NCBI GenBank assembly: GCA_039589315.1
Contig: JBDHHQ010000100.1
Coordinates: 1-14,601 of the forward strand
Source: Gemmatimonadota bacterium
GTDB lineage: Bacteria; Gemmatimonadota; Gemmatimonadetes; Longimicrobiales; Gaopeijiaceae
Reading direction: 5' to 3'
DNA length: 14,601 bases
Shown: one piece after another, positions 1 to 7,847 of the stretch
Layout: the number at the start of each line of letters is the position of its first letter
How positions within the stretch are numbered: position 1 is the stretch's first letter
Translations under genes and position numbers: made by a program
The notes under the pieces: model-generated
What the model saw: the letters and a program-made list of their open reading frames with translations, nothing else
Database searches by the model: none
Told to the model about the DNA's origin: nothing

Positions 1-701
1 TCGAGTCCCAGCCTGGTGGCGCTGGCGTGGGCCACGTGCAGCAGGCCGCGGGCCGAGAGCTCCACCCCTCGGGGCCGGCCGCCGGTCCCCGACGTCCAGA
101 GGATGGCGGCTACTGCGGGTAGGGCGGCGGGCCCGGGGAGGACGGCGGCGGAAGGGGCGCCCGGCTCCGGGGCGCTGGCGAGGAGCGGGGCTGCCCCCGG
201 AACCGCGGTCGGTGGTGGCGCCGGGCCGTCCTCCCGATCCGCCGATGCGATTGGCGCGGAGTCGCGGTCCGCCTCGCCTCCCGGGAGGGGCACCGGGCCA
301 TCGCCTGGATCGGTCGGCGTCAACGGCGCGGGGCCGTCGCCCGCGTCCACCGTCAGGTTGGGTTGACTGGCCCCTGCCTCCGAGGCGGCCGCCTCGGCCA
401 GCGTGCACCTGGGCCCGAGGGCCCCCATCGCAGCCTCGATCTCGCGGTCGGTCCAGGCCGGATGCAGCGGGGCCAACACCCCACCGGCCCGCCGGACCGC
501 GTGCACGGCCAGGACCCCCGCCGGCGTCGGGCCCAGGACGGTCGCCACGAGGTCTCCGGGCTCCACACCCCTCGCCACCAGGTCCAGCGCCACGGCCGTC
601 ACGCGTGCGTCCAAGGCGGCGTACGACCACGCGGCCCGGCCGTCCGTGAGCGCCGCACCGCTGGGTGAGATCCCCCGACCGAGCGACAGGAAGTCGGTCA
701 C
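1..701 (-). CDS. menE: AMP-binding (ANL family) ligase, probable o-succinylbenzoate-CoA ligase; 3' end outside the window
   Basis: Not in the ORF track. Manual translation from GTG 701 gives MTDFLSLGRGISPSGAALTDGRAAWSYAALDARV...GVEPGDLVA...RAGGVLAPLHPAW...AAILWTSGTGGRPRGVELS..., open to the window edge. It has the A1-like WSYAAL and P-loop TSGTGGRPRG motifs and follows menA in a men operon. Start codon uncertain. Confidence 0.85.
   Translation of the reverse strand, partial: MTDFLSLGRGISPSGAALTDGRAAWSYAALDARVTAVALDLVARGVEPGDLVATVLGPTPAGVLAVHAVRRAGGVLAPLHPAWTDREIEAAMGALGPRCTLAEAAASEAGASQPNLTVDAGDGPAPLTPTDPGDGPVPLPGGEADRDSAPIASADREDGPAPPPTAVPGAAPLLASAPEPGAPSAAVLPGPAALPAVAAILWTSGTGGRPRGVELSARGLLHVAHASATRLGL
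204..347 (-). repeat. Degenerate 36-bp (12-aa) in-frame tandem repeat inside menE
   Basis: Units DAGDGPAPLTPT / DPGDGPVPLPGG / EADRDSAPIASA / DREDGPAPPPTA, followed by more Pro/Ala-rich sequence down to about position 115. Confidence 0.6.
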
Positions 702-741
702 GGTCGGGCCGCCGGCCAGGGGGCGCGAGCCAGGATCGCCA

Positions 742-1647
742 TCATCCCAGGGATACGCCCACGGCCAGAAGCAGAGCGTAGAGGCCCGTGAAGCGCGCCG
801 TCTGTCCGAGCGCCGGGATGAGGTCTCCGGGGTCGGCGGCGGTCAGCACCCGTCTCAGTGGGGGCACCGCAAGCACCAGCGCCGCCAGGGACAGGAGGGC
901 AACGGGACTCCACTCGTACGCCAGCACTCCCACCACCGGCGCCGCCGCCGCCATGGCCAGCAGCGCACAGTACTCGGCACGGGTACCCGTGCGGCCCAGG
1001 CGGACCGCCAGCGTGCGCTTCCCCGCCCTGGCGTCCGTTTCGATGTCCCGCAGGTTGTTGACCACCAGAATCGCCGTGTCCAACGCGCCGATCGCCGCCC
1101 CTGCCAGAATCACGTCGGCGGGCAGGGCCAGGGCCTGGACCCAGTAGGTCCCCCCGACGGCCACGAGCCCGAAGAACACGAATACGAAGACATCGCCGAG
1201 GCCGTGATAGGCCAGCGGAAACGGCCCCCCCGTGTAGGCCACGGCGCAGACCAGGGAGAGGACGCCGACCACGGCGATCGGCCACCCTCCGACGGCGATC
1301 AGGTAGACGCCCACGAGGAAGGCGAGCGCCAGGGTCACCACCATACCCCGCCTCACCACCTCCGGCGGCAGGATGCCCGCCTGGGTGACCCGCACTGGTC
1401 CGACGCGCTCGGCGGTGTCGCCGCCCCGCACCCAGTCGTAGTAGTCGTTGGCCAGGTTCGTGCCGATCTGGATCAAGACGGCTCCCACCAGGGCCGCAAG
1501 GGCCGGCAGCGCTGCGAAGCGGCCGTGTGCTTGCGCGAGGCCGGTGCCCACGAGGACGGGAGCCGCAGCAGCGAGCAGCGTCTTGGGACGTGCCGCCAGC
1601 ACCCACGCCTGGGCGCGCCCCACCCGGGGGGAAGGGGGCGCGTTCAT
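742..1647 (-). CDS. menA: 1,4-dihydroxy-2-naphthoate polyprenyltransferase (UbiA family)
   Basis: ARPKTL N-terminal motif, NLANDYYDWVRGGD and VNNLRDIETDARAGKRTLAVRLG Asp-rich motifs, YTGGPFPLAYHGLGD, many TM helices, men operon context. Confidence 0.96.
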   Translation of the reverse strand: MNAPPSPRVGRAQAWVLAARPKTLLAAAAPVLVGTGLAQAHGRFAALPALAALVGAVLIQIGTNLANDYYDWVRGGDTAERVGPVRVTQAGILPPEVVRRGMVVTLALAFLVGVYLIAVGGWPIAVVGVLSLVCAVAYTGGPFPLAYHGLGDVFVFVFFGLVAVGGTYWVQALALPADVILAGAAIGALDTAILVVNNLRDIETDARAGKRTLAVRLGRTGTRAEYCALLAMAAAAPVVGVLAYEWSPVALLSLAALVLAVPPLRRVLTAADPGDLIPALGQTARFTGLYALLLAVGVSLG

Positions 1648-1717
1648 CGGTCCGCGGCGCGCACGCGGTCTTGCGATGGGACGCCCGGTGACTCGTCGGG
1701 CGGGCCGGGCTCGGCCG

Positions 1718-2554
1718 CTAGGGCAGCCACGGGTATTTGCGGAAGTCCGGCTTCCTCTTCTCCAGGAAGGCGTCCTTCCCCTCGCGTCCCTCCTCCGTCA
1801 TGTAATAGAGGAGCGTGGCGTTACCGGCCAGCACCTGAAGGCCCGTCTGCCCGTCGACGTCGGCGTTCATGGCCGCCTTGACGAAGCGGATGGCCAGAGG
1901 GCTCTTCTCCAGGATCTCCTGGGCCCACCGATACCCTTCGACCTCCAGCTCGGCCACGGGGACGACCTTGTTCACGAGGCCCATCCTCTCGGCCTCCTCG
2001 GCACTGTACTGCCGGCAGAGGTACCAGATCTCCCGAGCCTTCTTCTGCCCCACGATTCGGGCCAGGTACGCCGATCCGTAGCCGGCGTCGAAGCTGCCCA
2101 CCTTGGGTCCGGTCTGGCCGAAGACCGCGTTGTCGGCGGCGATCGTCAGGTCACACACCACGTGCAGGACATGACCGCCGCCGATGGCGTATCCTGCCAC
2201 CAGCGCGATGACGGGCTTGGGCATGTTCCGGATGAAGCGCTGAAGCTCGAGGACGTTGAGCCGGGGCACACCGTCTCCTCCAACGTATCCGCCGTGCCCC
2301 CGGACTCGCTGGTCTCCCCCCGCGCAGAAGGCGTACTTCCCGTCCTTCGCGGGGCCGTTGCCGGTCAGGAGCACGACGCCGATGGCCTGATCGTCGGCGG
2401 CGTCCCGGAACGCGTCCTGGAGCTCGAACAGCGTTTCGGGTCGGAAGGCGTTGCGCACCTCGGGCCGGTCGAAGGCGATGCGAGCCACGCCATCGCACTT
2501 GTGGTACGTGATGTCCTCGTACGCTTTGACCTGCTTCCAATCAGGCTGGGTCAT
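1718..2554 (-). CDS. menB: 1,4-dihydroxy-2-naphthoyl-CoA synthase (crotonase family)
   Basis: [67 protein letters not shown] motifs. ATG overlaps the menD stop (ATGA) with GGAAGGA SD-like sequence upstream. Confidence 0.98.
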   Translation of the reverse strand: MTQPDWKQVKAYEDITYHKCDGVARIAFDRPEVRNAFRPETLFELQDAFRDAADDQAIGVVLLTGNGPAKDGKYAFCAGGDQRVRGHGGYVGGDGVPRLNVLELQRFIRNMPKPVIALVAGYAIGGGHVLHVVCDLTIAADNAVFGQTGPKVGSFDAGYGSAYLARIVGQKKAREIWYLCRQYSAEEAERMGLVNKVVPVAELEVEGYRWAQEILEKSPLAIRFVKAAMNADVDGQTGLQVLAGNATLLYYMTEEGREGKDAFLEKRKPDFRKYPWLP

Positions 2555-4344
2555 TCTGGTCCTTCCTGGTTCAGCACCTCTCGCACGGCCCGGCCCACCC
2601 GTTGGGCCGCGCGCTCGCGGTGCTTGCGGTTCTCTTCTCGGTCCGTCCGGATCATCACGACCCGGCTCTCGGCCGCGCTCAGACCCTCCCGGATCGCCAC
2701 CACCAACTCTCTGCTGCCGGTGACCTCTCGGAAGGGAAGCTCATAAAGGGCTGCCGCGTGCCGAAAGTCCAGTCCGTGGGGTGTGGCGAAGTGGTCCGTG
2801 AACTCCGGCTCGAATTGCCGGATGGGCAGCAGGTGGAAGATCCCCCCGCCGTCGTTGTGTATGACCACGAAGACGACCCTGGCGTCGGTCTCCCGACAGG
2901 CCAGCAGACCGTTCATGTCGTGGTAGAACGCGAGGTCGCCCAGGACGGCCACCACTGGCTGGCCGCTCCCCACGGAGAGCCCGAGGGCCGTCGACACGAT
3001 GCCGTCGATGCCGCTGGCGCCGCGGTTGGCCTGGGCCCTGATGCTCGTCTCCCTGGGTGTGCCGAATGCGTCCAGATCCCGGATGGGCATGCTGTTCGAG
3101 GCGAAGAGCCAGCCGCCCTCGGGCACACAGTCCAGGGCCGCCGCCATGGCGGCGGCTTCCGAGAACCCCTCTCCCTCGTCGGTGAGCCCCCGGGTGACTT
3201 CAGCCGCCACCCGGTTGGCCGCGGCGTCAGCGAGGGCCCACGAGCTGCGCCACCCTTGATCGGCTCGGTCGGCTCGGTCGGCTCGGGCCGCGACGGCCTC
3301 GGCGGTCTCGCCGGGGTCCGCGTGCACGTAGAGGCTCGCCACGGCCATGTGGTCCTTCCAGCGACGAGCCCTGTCCACCACGACGTGGGGCACGTCCGAG
3401 GCAGCCGCCAGCAAGCGGCCGAGGGGGACGGACGTGGGCGTCGCGCCCAGTCGGATCACCAGGTCCGGAGCGAGCCGCTCCCGGAGCCGGGCGTCCCGCA
3501 GGAACAGGTCGTAGGTGCCGATCACGGCGGCGCCGTCGTGCGGCCCGAAGCGCGCACCGGACAGAGGGTCGGCCAGGAGCGGGAGGCCCGTAGCCCGCGC
3601 CAGGGCCACGGCGGACGGGCCGACACGCCAGGGCTCCGGGTGCGGCCCCGCCACGATGAGCCCCCGGCGGGCCTTCCCCAACAGCTCCAGCAGCTCGTCC
3701 ACGACAGCATCTGCGGGCACGGCCCGGGACGCTGCGATCCGGGTGACCGCCCCGTGACCCGAATCCGGGTCCGGGTCCGGGCCGCCATCGTTCACCGGGC
3801 GACCCGGCTCCAAGGGCTTCGCGAACGGGAAGTTCAGGTGGACCGGGCCAGGATCGTGCCCCCCGGCCTCGGCGACCGCACGGCTCGCCAACGCGCGGAG
3901 GTGCCGGAGCGCGTCCTCGTCCGTGCTGGCCGGGGCCACCTCGACGAAGCGACGAACGTAGGGGCCGAAGAGGCGGAGCTGGTCGATGGCCTGGTTGGCG
4001 TCCGCGTCACGCAGGCGGTGGGGCCGGTCTGCCGTGAGCAGCAGCAGGGGCACAGCCGCTTGCGACGCCTCGACCACCGCCGGGAAGAGGTTCGCAGCCG
4101 CCGTGCCCGAAGTCGTGAGGACCGCCGCGGGGCGTCGCGTCGCCTTACCTATGCCCAGGGCGAAGAAGGCCGCCGATCGCTCGTCCAGGTGCGTCACGAC
4201 CCGCAGCCGCCGGTCCGCGGCGGCGGCCAGCACCAGGGGAGTGGAGCGAGAGCCAGGTGCGAGGCACACGGTATCCACACCTGACCCCGCGAGAGCGTCG
4301 AGGAACGTCCGGGCCCAGGTGAGGTTTGCGCTCCCCCCATTCAT
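2551..4344 (-). CDS. menD: SEPHCHC synthase (ThDP-dependent)
   Basis: [49 protein letters not shown] and ThDP-binding GDLAFYHD...NDGGGIF motifs. Start moved from 4407 to ATG 4344, which overlaps the menF stop (ATGA); 597 aa. Confidence 0.97.
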   Translation of the reverse strand: MNGGSANLTWARTFLDALAGSGVDTVCLAPGSRSTPLVLAAAADRRLRVVTHLDERSAAFFALGIGKATRRPAAVLTTSGTAAANLFPAVVEASQAAVPLLLLTADRPHRLRDADANQAIDQLRLFGPYVRRFVEVAPASTDEDALRHLRALASRAVAEAGGHDPGPVHLNFPFAKPLEPGRPVNDGGPDPDPDSGHGAVTRIAASRAVPADAVVDELLELLGKARRGLIVAGPHPEPWRVGPSAVALARATGLPLLADPLSGARFGPHDGAAVIGTYDLFLRDARLRERLAPDLVIRLGATPTSVPLGRLLAAASDVPHVVVDRARRWKDHMAVASLYVHADPGETAEAVAARADRADRADQGWRSSWALADAAANRVAAEVTRGLTDEGEGFSEAAAMAAALDCVPEGGWLFASNSMPIRDLDAFGTPRETSIRAQANRGASGIDGIVSTALGLSVGSGQPVVAVLGDLAFYHDMNGLLACRETDARVVFVVIHNDGGGIFHLLPIRQFEPEFTDHFATPHGLDFRHAAALYELPFREVTGSRELVVAIREGLSAAESRVVMIRTDREENRKHRERAAQRVGRAVREVLNQEGPE

Positions 4345-5738
4345 GCGGGCCTGCTGGCCTCCAGCGCCCGGAGCACCGGTTCGAACTTTATGCCCGTTTC
4401 CGCCCACTCGTCATCCGGCCTGGACCCAGCGACGATGCCCGCGCCCGCGAACAGGCGCCAGGTGCCCTCGCGGCCGACGGCACAGCGGAGGGCTGGAGCG
4501 AAGACGCCGTTTCCGCCGAGATCGAACCAACCCACCGGGCCGGCGTACCATCCCCGCTCGAACGGCTCCTCCGCGTGGATGAACGCGAGCGCCTCGTCTC
4601 GTGGAAGGCCGCAAACGGCGGGCGTGGGATGAAGGGCCTGCAAGGCAGACAGCACGGTGCATCCCTCGGGAAGTCGGGCGCGGATCCTCGTCTCGAGGTG
4701 CTGGATCCGGGAAAGGGTGATCACGTGGGGCTCCCATTCGGCTCGCACCTCCACCGCGATCTCTTCCAGCCTCTCCACCATGTCCTCGACGGCGAAGCGA
4801 TGCTCCAGCTGGTCCTTCCCGCTGGCCAGCAGTTGCTCGGCGAGGGCGGCAGTCTCTTCCGGTGAGCGACCCAGGGGCACGGAGCCGGCCACCGCCGTGG
4901 CGTGGAAGTCGCTGCCCGAGACCGTGGCCACCGTCTCGGGAGCCGCTCCCAGAAGCGTCGCGCCCGGCTCCGGCTCGAAGAGAAACACGTGGGCTCTGGG
5001 ATTGTCCGCCCAAAGGGCCATGGTCACGGCAATTGGATCCAGCAGTTCCGGTGGGGCGACGTCCAGAGTCCGCGCCAGGACCACCTTCGACACGTCGTCT
5101 CGCTCGATGGCGTCCAACGCATCGTTCACCACCTGCCGCCAGGCATGGCGGGCGCCGGGCGCCGGGGCCGCCGGCAGCTCGATACGAGACCGGGTCGGTG
5201 TGCCCCCGTCGCCCGACGGTTGGGAGAGGCCGTCCAGGACGGCCTCCAGCTCCGCCTCCAACGCCGCGTCCGTCTCTCGTGGATCCGCCCAGGCGTCGAC
5301 GAGCCTCCGGACGCGGATGTGAGAGACGTCACCCCGGGACTCCAGCTCGACCGCCGGCAGCACGAAGAGCCCGGACGGGAAGCCGCGCCAGATCCCCGAC
5401 GGCTGGTGATCGGCCCGGAACGAGAAGCCGCCGAACAACCTCGGCGGGGACGCCGCCCTCGGTGACTCGGCCGACGCCGCCGTGCCCAGCACCTCGACGG
5501 CCTCGTCCCAGACTGCGGCCATTCGACGATGTGCCTCGGGACCCTGGTCGGCGTGCAGCAGCTTCGCCGCACCGGCGTGCGCCACCCACGCACGGCCTCG
5601 CGCCCAGAATCCACGCGGGGTCTGGGCGGCCAAGCGCAGGAACGCCTCGGGCCTCACGGCACCCAGTTTGGCGGTGCGCGTGGCCAGCCGCCGTCCCTGG
5701 GCTGCGGGAGCCCCTAGTGGCTCCACGGTCGTTCGCAT
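4341..5738 (-). CDS. menF: Isochorismate synthase (MST chorismate-binding family)
   Basis: KVVLAR, KDQLEH, LHPTPAVCG, RGWYAGPVGW, ALRCA, FAGAGIVAGS, EWAETGIKF motifs; directly upstream of menD. Start set at ATG 5738 (465 aa), since the 6227 start overlaps the M56 gene and a promoter-like motif lies at 5766-5793. Confidence 0.92.
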   Translation of the reverse strand: MRTTVEPLGAPAAQGRRLATRTAKLGAVRPEAFLRLAAQTPRGFWARGRAWVAHAGAAKLLHADQGPEAHRRMAAVWDEAVEVLGTAASAESPRAASPPRLFGGFSFRADHQPSGIWRGFPSGLFVLPAVELESRGDVSHIRVRRLVDAWADPRETDAALEAELEAVLDGLSQPSGDGGTPTRSRIELPAAPAPGARHAWRQVVNDALDAIERDDVSKVVLARTLDVAPPELLDPIAVTMALWADNPRAHVFLFEPEPGATLLGAAPETVATVSGSDFHATAVAGSVPLGRSPEETAALAEQLLASGKDQLEHRFAVEDMVERLEEIAVEVRAEWEPHVITLSRIQHLETRIRARLPEGCTVLSALQALHPTPAVCGLPRDEALAFIHAEEPFERGWYAGPVGWFDLGGNGVFAPALRCAVGREGTWRLFAGAGIVAGSRPDDEWAETGIKFEPVLRALEASRPA

Positions 5739-6013
5739 CGGGTGGTCTCGGTCAACACGCCACCGAATATAGGGCGGGCGGCCGATTGACCAAGTCGGAC
5801 ACGGATGTCGCGTCGGGCACGAGGGCTCGGCGCCGGTGCGATGCCCCGGCCCGCGGCTGGGGTAATCCGCCGGGCTGGCCCCGTGGCGATCTGCCAGCCT
5901 GGCCCCACGGCAATCGACCAGCTTGGCCGTGAGCCGATCAGCCCTGAGGCAATCTGACGGGTCAGCCCCGAGGCGATCTGCCGGCTCGGCTCTGAGGCGA
6001 TGGAATGGCCCAC
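5714..6013 (-). CDS. Possible small protein with 8-aa repeats (xQIASGxx), or disconnected C-terminal tail of the M56 gene
   Basis: 99-codon ORF covering the 24-bp array, in the same frame as the M56 gene four codons after its TAG. No clear SD; overlaps the putative men promoter and the menF start. Confidence 0.25.
   Translation of the reverse strand: MGHSIASEPSRQIASGLTRQIASGLIGSRPSWSIAVGPGWQIATGPARRITPAAGRGIAPAPSPRARRDIRVRLGQSAARPIFGGVLTETTRCERPWSH
5766..5793 (-). promoter_or_regulatory. Putative sigma70 promoter of the men operon
   Basis: Minus strand TTGGTC-N16-TATATT; the -10 matches TATAAT at 5/6, stands out in GC-rich DNA and lies 27 nt upstream of the menF ATG. Confidence 0.55.
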
Positions 6014-6035
6014 ACCTGCGGTTATCTATCGGCTC
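5829..6035. repeat. Degenerate 24-bp tandem repeat array (eight 24-bp units plus one 15-bp unit)
   Basis: Plus-strand units include ggccccgtggcgatctgccagcct (5877), ggccccacggcaatcgaccagctt (5901), ggccgtgagccgatc (5925), agccctgaggcaatctgacgggtc (5940), agccccgaggcgatctgccggctc (5964), ggctctgaggcgatggaatggccc (5988), acacctgcggttatctatcggctc (6012); weaker units at 5829 and 5853. Confidence 0.8.
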
Positions 6036-7342
6036 CGCCCAGGCGATTCCGAAAGGCGGTAGACCCGGACCTCCATCCGGTCGGCATCCACGGCCGGGGC
6101 ATCGGACGGCGGAACGGCCGTGGACGCCCCTCGGACCTCCCGCACGACGAGGACCCGGACGCCCTCGGGCTCCGGGACCCGGACGGGCGGTAGAAAGAGC
6201 GCCGGCACCAGCAGCAGGACGCTCCAAGGCGATGCACCAGGCGCCGATCCGGCGTCAGGTGTGGCGAGGATGGCGCGCACCCTTTCGACGAGGGGCGACT
6301 CCGGCCGCGCCATGGCCAGGACGCCGCTGGGCCGGTCTCCACGCAGGGACCAGCGTGAGACCTTCTCCAGAGAGCGGGCCAGCGGCAGGCGGGAGCGGGT
6401 ATGGCGGACCGCCCACCCATCTGCCAGGAACTCGGAGGCTTCCTGGAATGCCCGTCGGGCCAGGCGGTTCAGGGGCTGCATCCAGAGGATCACCTCCAGA
6501 ACGCGCAACATACGGAGCCACCCCGGGTCCCGCCGGACCAGATGCCCGACCTCGTGCGCCAGGACCGCCGTGAGCTCGTCACGGTCCAATTGACGGACGG
6601 CGTAGGAGGGCAGGACGATGCGACGGCCGCTGAGCGCCACCGGCGTACCCAGCGAGGACGCTTCGAGGAGCCGTACCGGCGACGACGAGCCTGCTCGCTC
6701 CCGGATCCGCTCGAGGAGCGCCTCGACTTCGCCGCCTGCACTGCGTGCCGAAGTGAGGGCCCGGCTGAAGCGACGCTGGTGGCGCAGCAGCAGACCGCCC
6801 CCGAAGAGAGCGCCCACGGCCCAGAGCCCCAGCAACACCGAGGGCCAGCGGCCAGTCCCGGCGCCGCCGCACTGCTCGACCAGCGCCTCCACTTCGGCGG
6901 CGGAGGGTGCAGGAAAGGGTCTCACCGGGTCGGCCAGCCGTAGCCGCGCCTCGAAGAGACTCCCCTCGAGGGCCTGGCCGCACGCCGGGGAGCTCGCAGG
7001 TGTCCGGGCCGACTGTCGGATCGACACGGGCGACCCGGTGGAGCTCTCGACGCGGGCAGTCCACGTGAGGTGGGCGGCACCCGGCGCACCCGCCTCGTGG
7101 ATCGCTTGCTGGGACGGCACCGCCGAGAACGACGTCACCGACACCTGAACCGAGGCGGTGAAGACGCCCGCGAGCACGCCCGCCTTCCACAGGAAGGCCC
7201 GCTGGTGGGCGCGGGACAGGAGACCGCCCCGTGTGAGGAGCCACACGCCCGCCAGGATGACGGTACTGTGAAGCAGGTAGGTGAGCAGCCACGTCACCAT
7301 TGCCAGGTGCGGAGACGCGGCCATCAGCCCGGTTGGCGTCAC
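6026..7342 (-). CDS. M56 family (BlaR1/MecR1-like) membrane zinc metallopeptidase without penicillin-binding domain
   Basis: N-terminal TM segments (LLHST motif), VLAHEVGHLVRRD (HExxH), WMQPL, EFLAD and LVERV motifs; 6 bp downstream of a BlaI-type gene. Start GTG 7342 or ATG 7324. Confidence 0.93.
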   Translation of the reverse strand: MTPTGLMAASPHLAMVTWLLTYLLHSTVILAGVWLLTRGGLLSRAHQRAFLWKAGVLAGVFTASVQVSVTSFSAVPSQQAIHEAGAPGAAHLTWTARVESSTGSPVSIRQSARTPASSPACGQALEGSLFEARLRLADPVRPFPAPSAAEVEALVEQCGGAGTGRWPSVLLGLWAVGALFGGGLLLRHQRRFSRALTSARSAGGEVEALLERIRERAGSSSPVRLLEASSLGTPVALSGRRIVLPSYAVRQLDRDELTAVLAHEVGHLVRRDPGWLRMLRVLEVILWMQPLNRLARRAFQEASEFLADGWAVRHTRSRLPLARSLEKVSRWSLRGDRPSGVLAMARPESPLVERVRAILATPDAGSAPGASPWSVLLLVPALFLPPVRVPEPEGVRVLVVREVRGASTAVPPSDAPAVDADRMEVRVYRLSESPGRSR

Positions 7343-7348
7343 GGTTCC

Positions 7349-7741
7349 CTACTCCGGCTCTTCGAGTCGGTCCTCGGCCTCCCGGATCAGCGCCCGGATG
7401 CGGGAAAGGTCGTCGACCGTCACCGTGCCGGGGTCCACCAGGTGACTGACGAGGGCGGCAGCGTCGCCATTGAACAACGTCTCCGTGAGCTCCCGCACCT
7501 TCGAGCGGCGGACGTCGTGACGACTCACGGTCGGTCGGTAGACGTGTTGCCGCCCGTCCTTCCGGTGGGCCAGGATGTCCTTCTTCTCGAGCCGGGTGAG
7601 GAGAGTGGCTACGGTCGTCAGCGCCAGAGCCCGGTCACGCCCAAGAGCTTCGTGGACCTGCCCGACCGTGGCCTCGCCCCGCTCCCAGAGGATGTCCAGG
7701 ATGGCCAGCTGAAGCTCCGTCAGTGTCTTTGTCTCGGCCAC
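7349..7741 (-). CDS. BlaI/MecI/CopY family transcriptional repressor
   Basis: LTELQLAILDILWERGEATVGQV...LALTTVATLLTRLEKK...DGRQHVYRP...LFNGDAAALVSHLV winged-helix pattern. GTG 7741 has GAGG 6 nt upstream (the ORF track start is 7753). Paired with an M56 gene. Confidence 0.95.
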   Translation of the reverse strand: MAETKTLTELQLAILDILWERGEATVGQVHEALGRDRALALTTVATLLTRLEKKDILAHRKDGRQHVYRPTVSRHDVRRSKVRELTETLFNGDAAALVSHLVDPGTVTVDDLSRIRALIREAEDRLEEPE

Positions 7742-7847
7742 GGATCGCCTCACTGGTTCGCCCGTCCCCCTTCTCTGACGTGCTCACCAGCGCCTCCGTT
7801 GCCCGAGCGCCCTTCCAGCGAGGACGCCTCGCGTGCCCGCCTTCGCC

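Noticed and set aside
1648..1717. GC-rich menB-menA spacer with a CCGCG/CGCGG stem as terminator or RNA element
   Set aside because: Short stem, no U tract, no recognisable RNA motif.
5750..5797. GGTCAA/TTGACC inverted pair and imperfect palindrome near the men promoter as an FNR-like site
   Set aside because: Spacing and sequence do not fit TTGAT-N4-ATCAA; too short to support.
6026..6028. Genome-wide TAG recoding as the explanation for the M56 stop
   Set aside because: menB and the blaI-like gene also end in TAG at their expected C-termini, so TAG is a normal stop here.
5829..6035. CRISPR array interpretation of the 24-bp repeats
   Set aside because: Units are contiguous and degenerate with no unique spacers, and there are no cas genes in the window.
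5739..6227. N-terminal 163-aa extension of menF in the ORF track
   Set aside because: Overlaps the M56 gene in another frame, is low-complexity, and spans the likely menF promoter.
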